Part shown: in pieces, positions 54,821-55,035 of the stretch
Numbering within the stretch: the stretch's first letter is position 1
Layout: each line of letters begins with the position of its first letter
Assembly: GCA_021802965.1 (NCBI GenBank)
Contig: JAJZQZ010000001.1
Coordinates: 1 to 55,035, forward strand
From: Actinomycetes bacterium
Lineage (GTDB): Bacteria > Actinomycetota > Thermoleophilia > RBG-16-64-13
Length of the DNA: 55,035 nucleotides
Direction of reading: 5' to 3'
Notes under the pieces: generated by a model
The model's input: only the letters and a program-made list of their open reading frames with translations
Database searches by the model: none
What the model was told of the DNA's origin: nothing
Translations under genes and position numbers: made by a program

Positions 54821-55035
54821 CTACACTTCCACGATCACGGGCAGCACCATCGGCCGACGCCGCGCCGCCTTGTACAGGTAGCGCTGCAGCACATCGTGCA
54901 CATGGGCTTTCAGGATCGCGGTGTCCGCGGAGTGCTGCACCTCGTTCGCGTGCAGGGCCTCGATCACCTGGGCGCGGGCCTCGTCGATGAGCTCGTCGAG
55001 GTCCCCGGAGTGGACGAAGCCGCGGAAGACCAGCT
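54821..55035 (-). CDS. C-terminal end of a ribonuclease J-like protein (starts beyond window end)
   Basis: The minus frame is open from the window end to the TAG at 54821-54823. My translation ...DELIDEARAQVIEALHANEVQHSADTAILKAHVHDVLQRYLYKAARRRPMVLPVIVEV resembles an RNase J C-terminus. Confidence 0.6.
   Translation of the reverse strand, partial: LVFRGFVHSGDLDELIDEARAQVIEALHANEVQHSADTAILKAHVHDVLQRYLYKAARRRPMVLPVIVEV

Overview
All calls below come from reading the translations and the raw sequence by eye. No searches were run, and coordinates of RNA elements are good to a few nt.

This is a high-GC window, about 55 kb, with almost every gene on the minus strand. Gene order is Firmicutes/Terrabacteria-like. 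I cannot name the organism.

**Backbone (ordinary housekeeping blocks):**
- recG-degV-yloV-asp23, divergent from rpmB
- FMN riboswitch followed by ribD-ribE-ribBA-ribH
- priA-def-fmt-rpe, then metK
- paaK, a thioesterase, livFGMH plus a binding protein, and an ACT-domain protein
- corA and lipB
- rnz followed by tRNA-Arg(CCG)
- rny-miaB-miaA-dapF-dapL-dut
- rimO-pgsA-thpR-recA-recX
- ftsK-selU-rodZ, and the 3' end of an RNase J gene

**Accessory part (about 27.9-39.4 kb), a type IV pilin/pseudopilin supercluster with no assembly machinery in the window:**
- A minus-strand operon carries pilin, a TPR lipoprotein, an O-antigen-ligase-like membrane protein, a second paralogous pilin, then FimT-, PilV-, PilW- and PilX-like minor pilins.
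- A divergent plus-strand module carries a large modular PilV-like pilin (FN3-like region plus Thr-rich tandem repeat), then PilW-like and PilX-like proteins.
- A small winged-helix-like protein and a NUDIX hydrolase sit between the two.

**Best hidden signal:** the 370-nt leader of the first pilin gene contains a clear c-di-GMP-I (GEMM-I) aptamer on the minus strand. It is followed by a mutually exclusive antiterminator/terminator pair with a U-tract. This predicts a c-di-GMP OFF switch over a probably glycosylated pilus locus.

**Weaker leads:** an orphan near-consensus promoter driving a leaderless Cys/His-rich small ORF or sRNA next to the tRNA, and a Cys-rich protein apparently co-transcribed with rnz. 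Long ORFs antisense to real genes are high-GC artefacts and were rejected.
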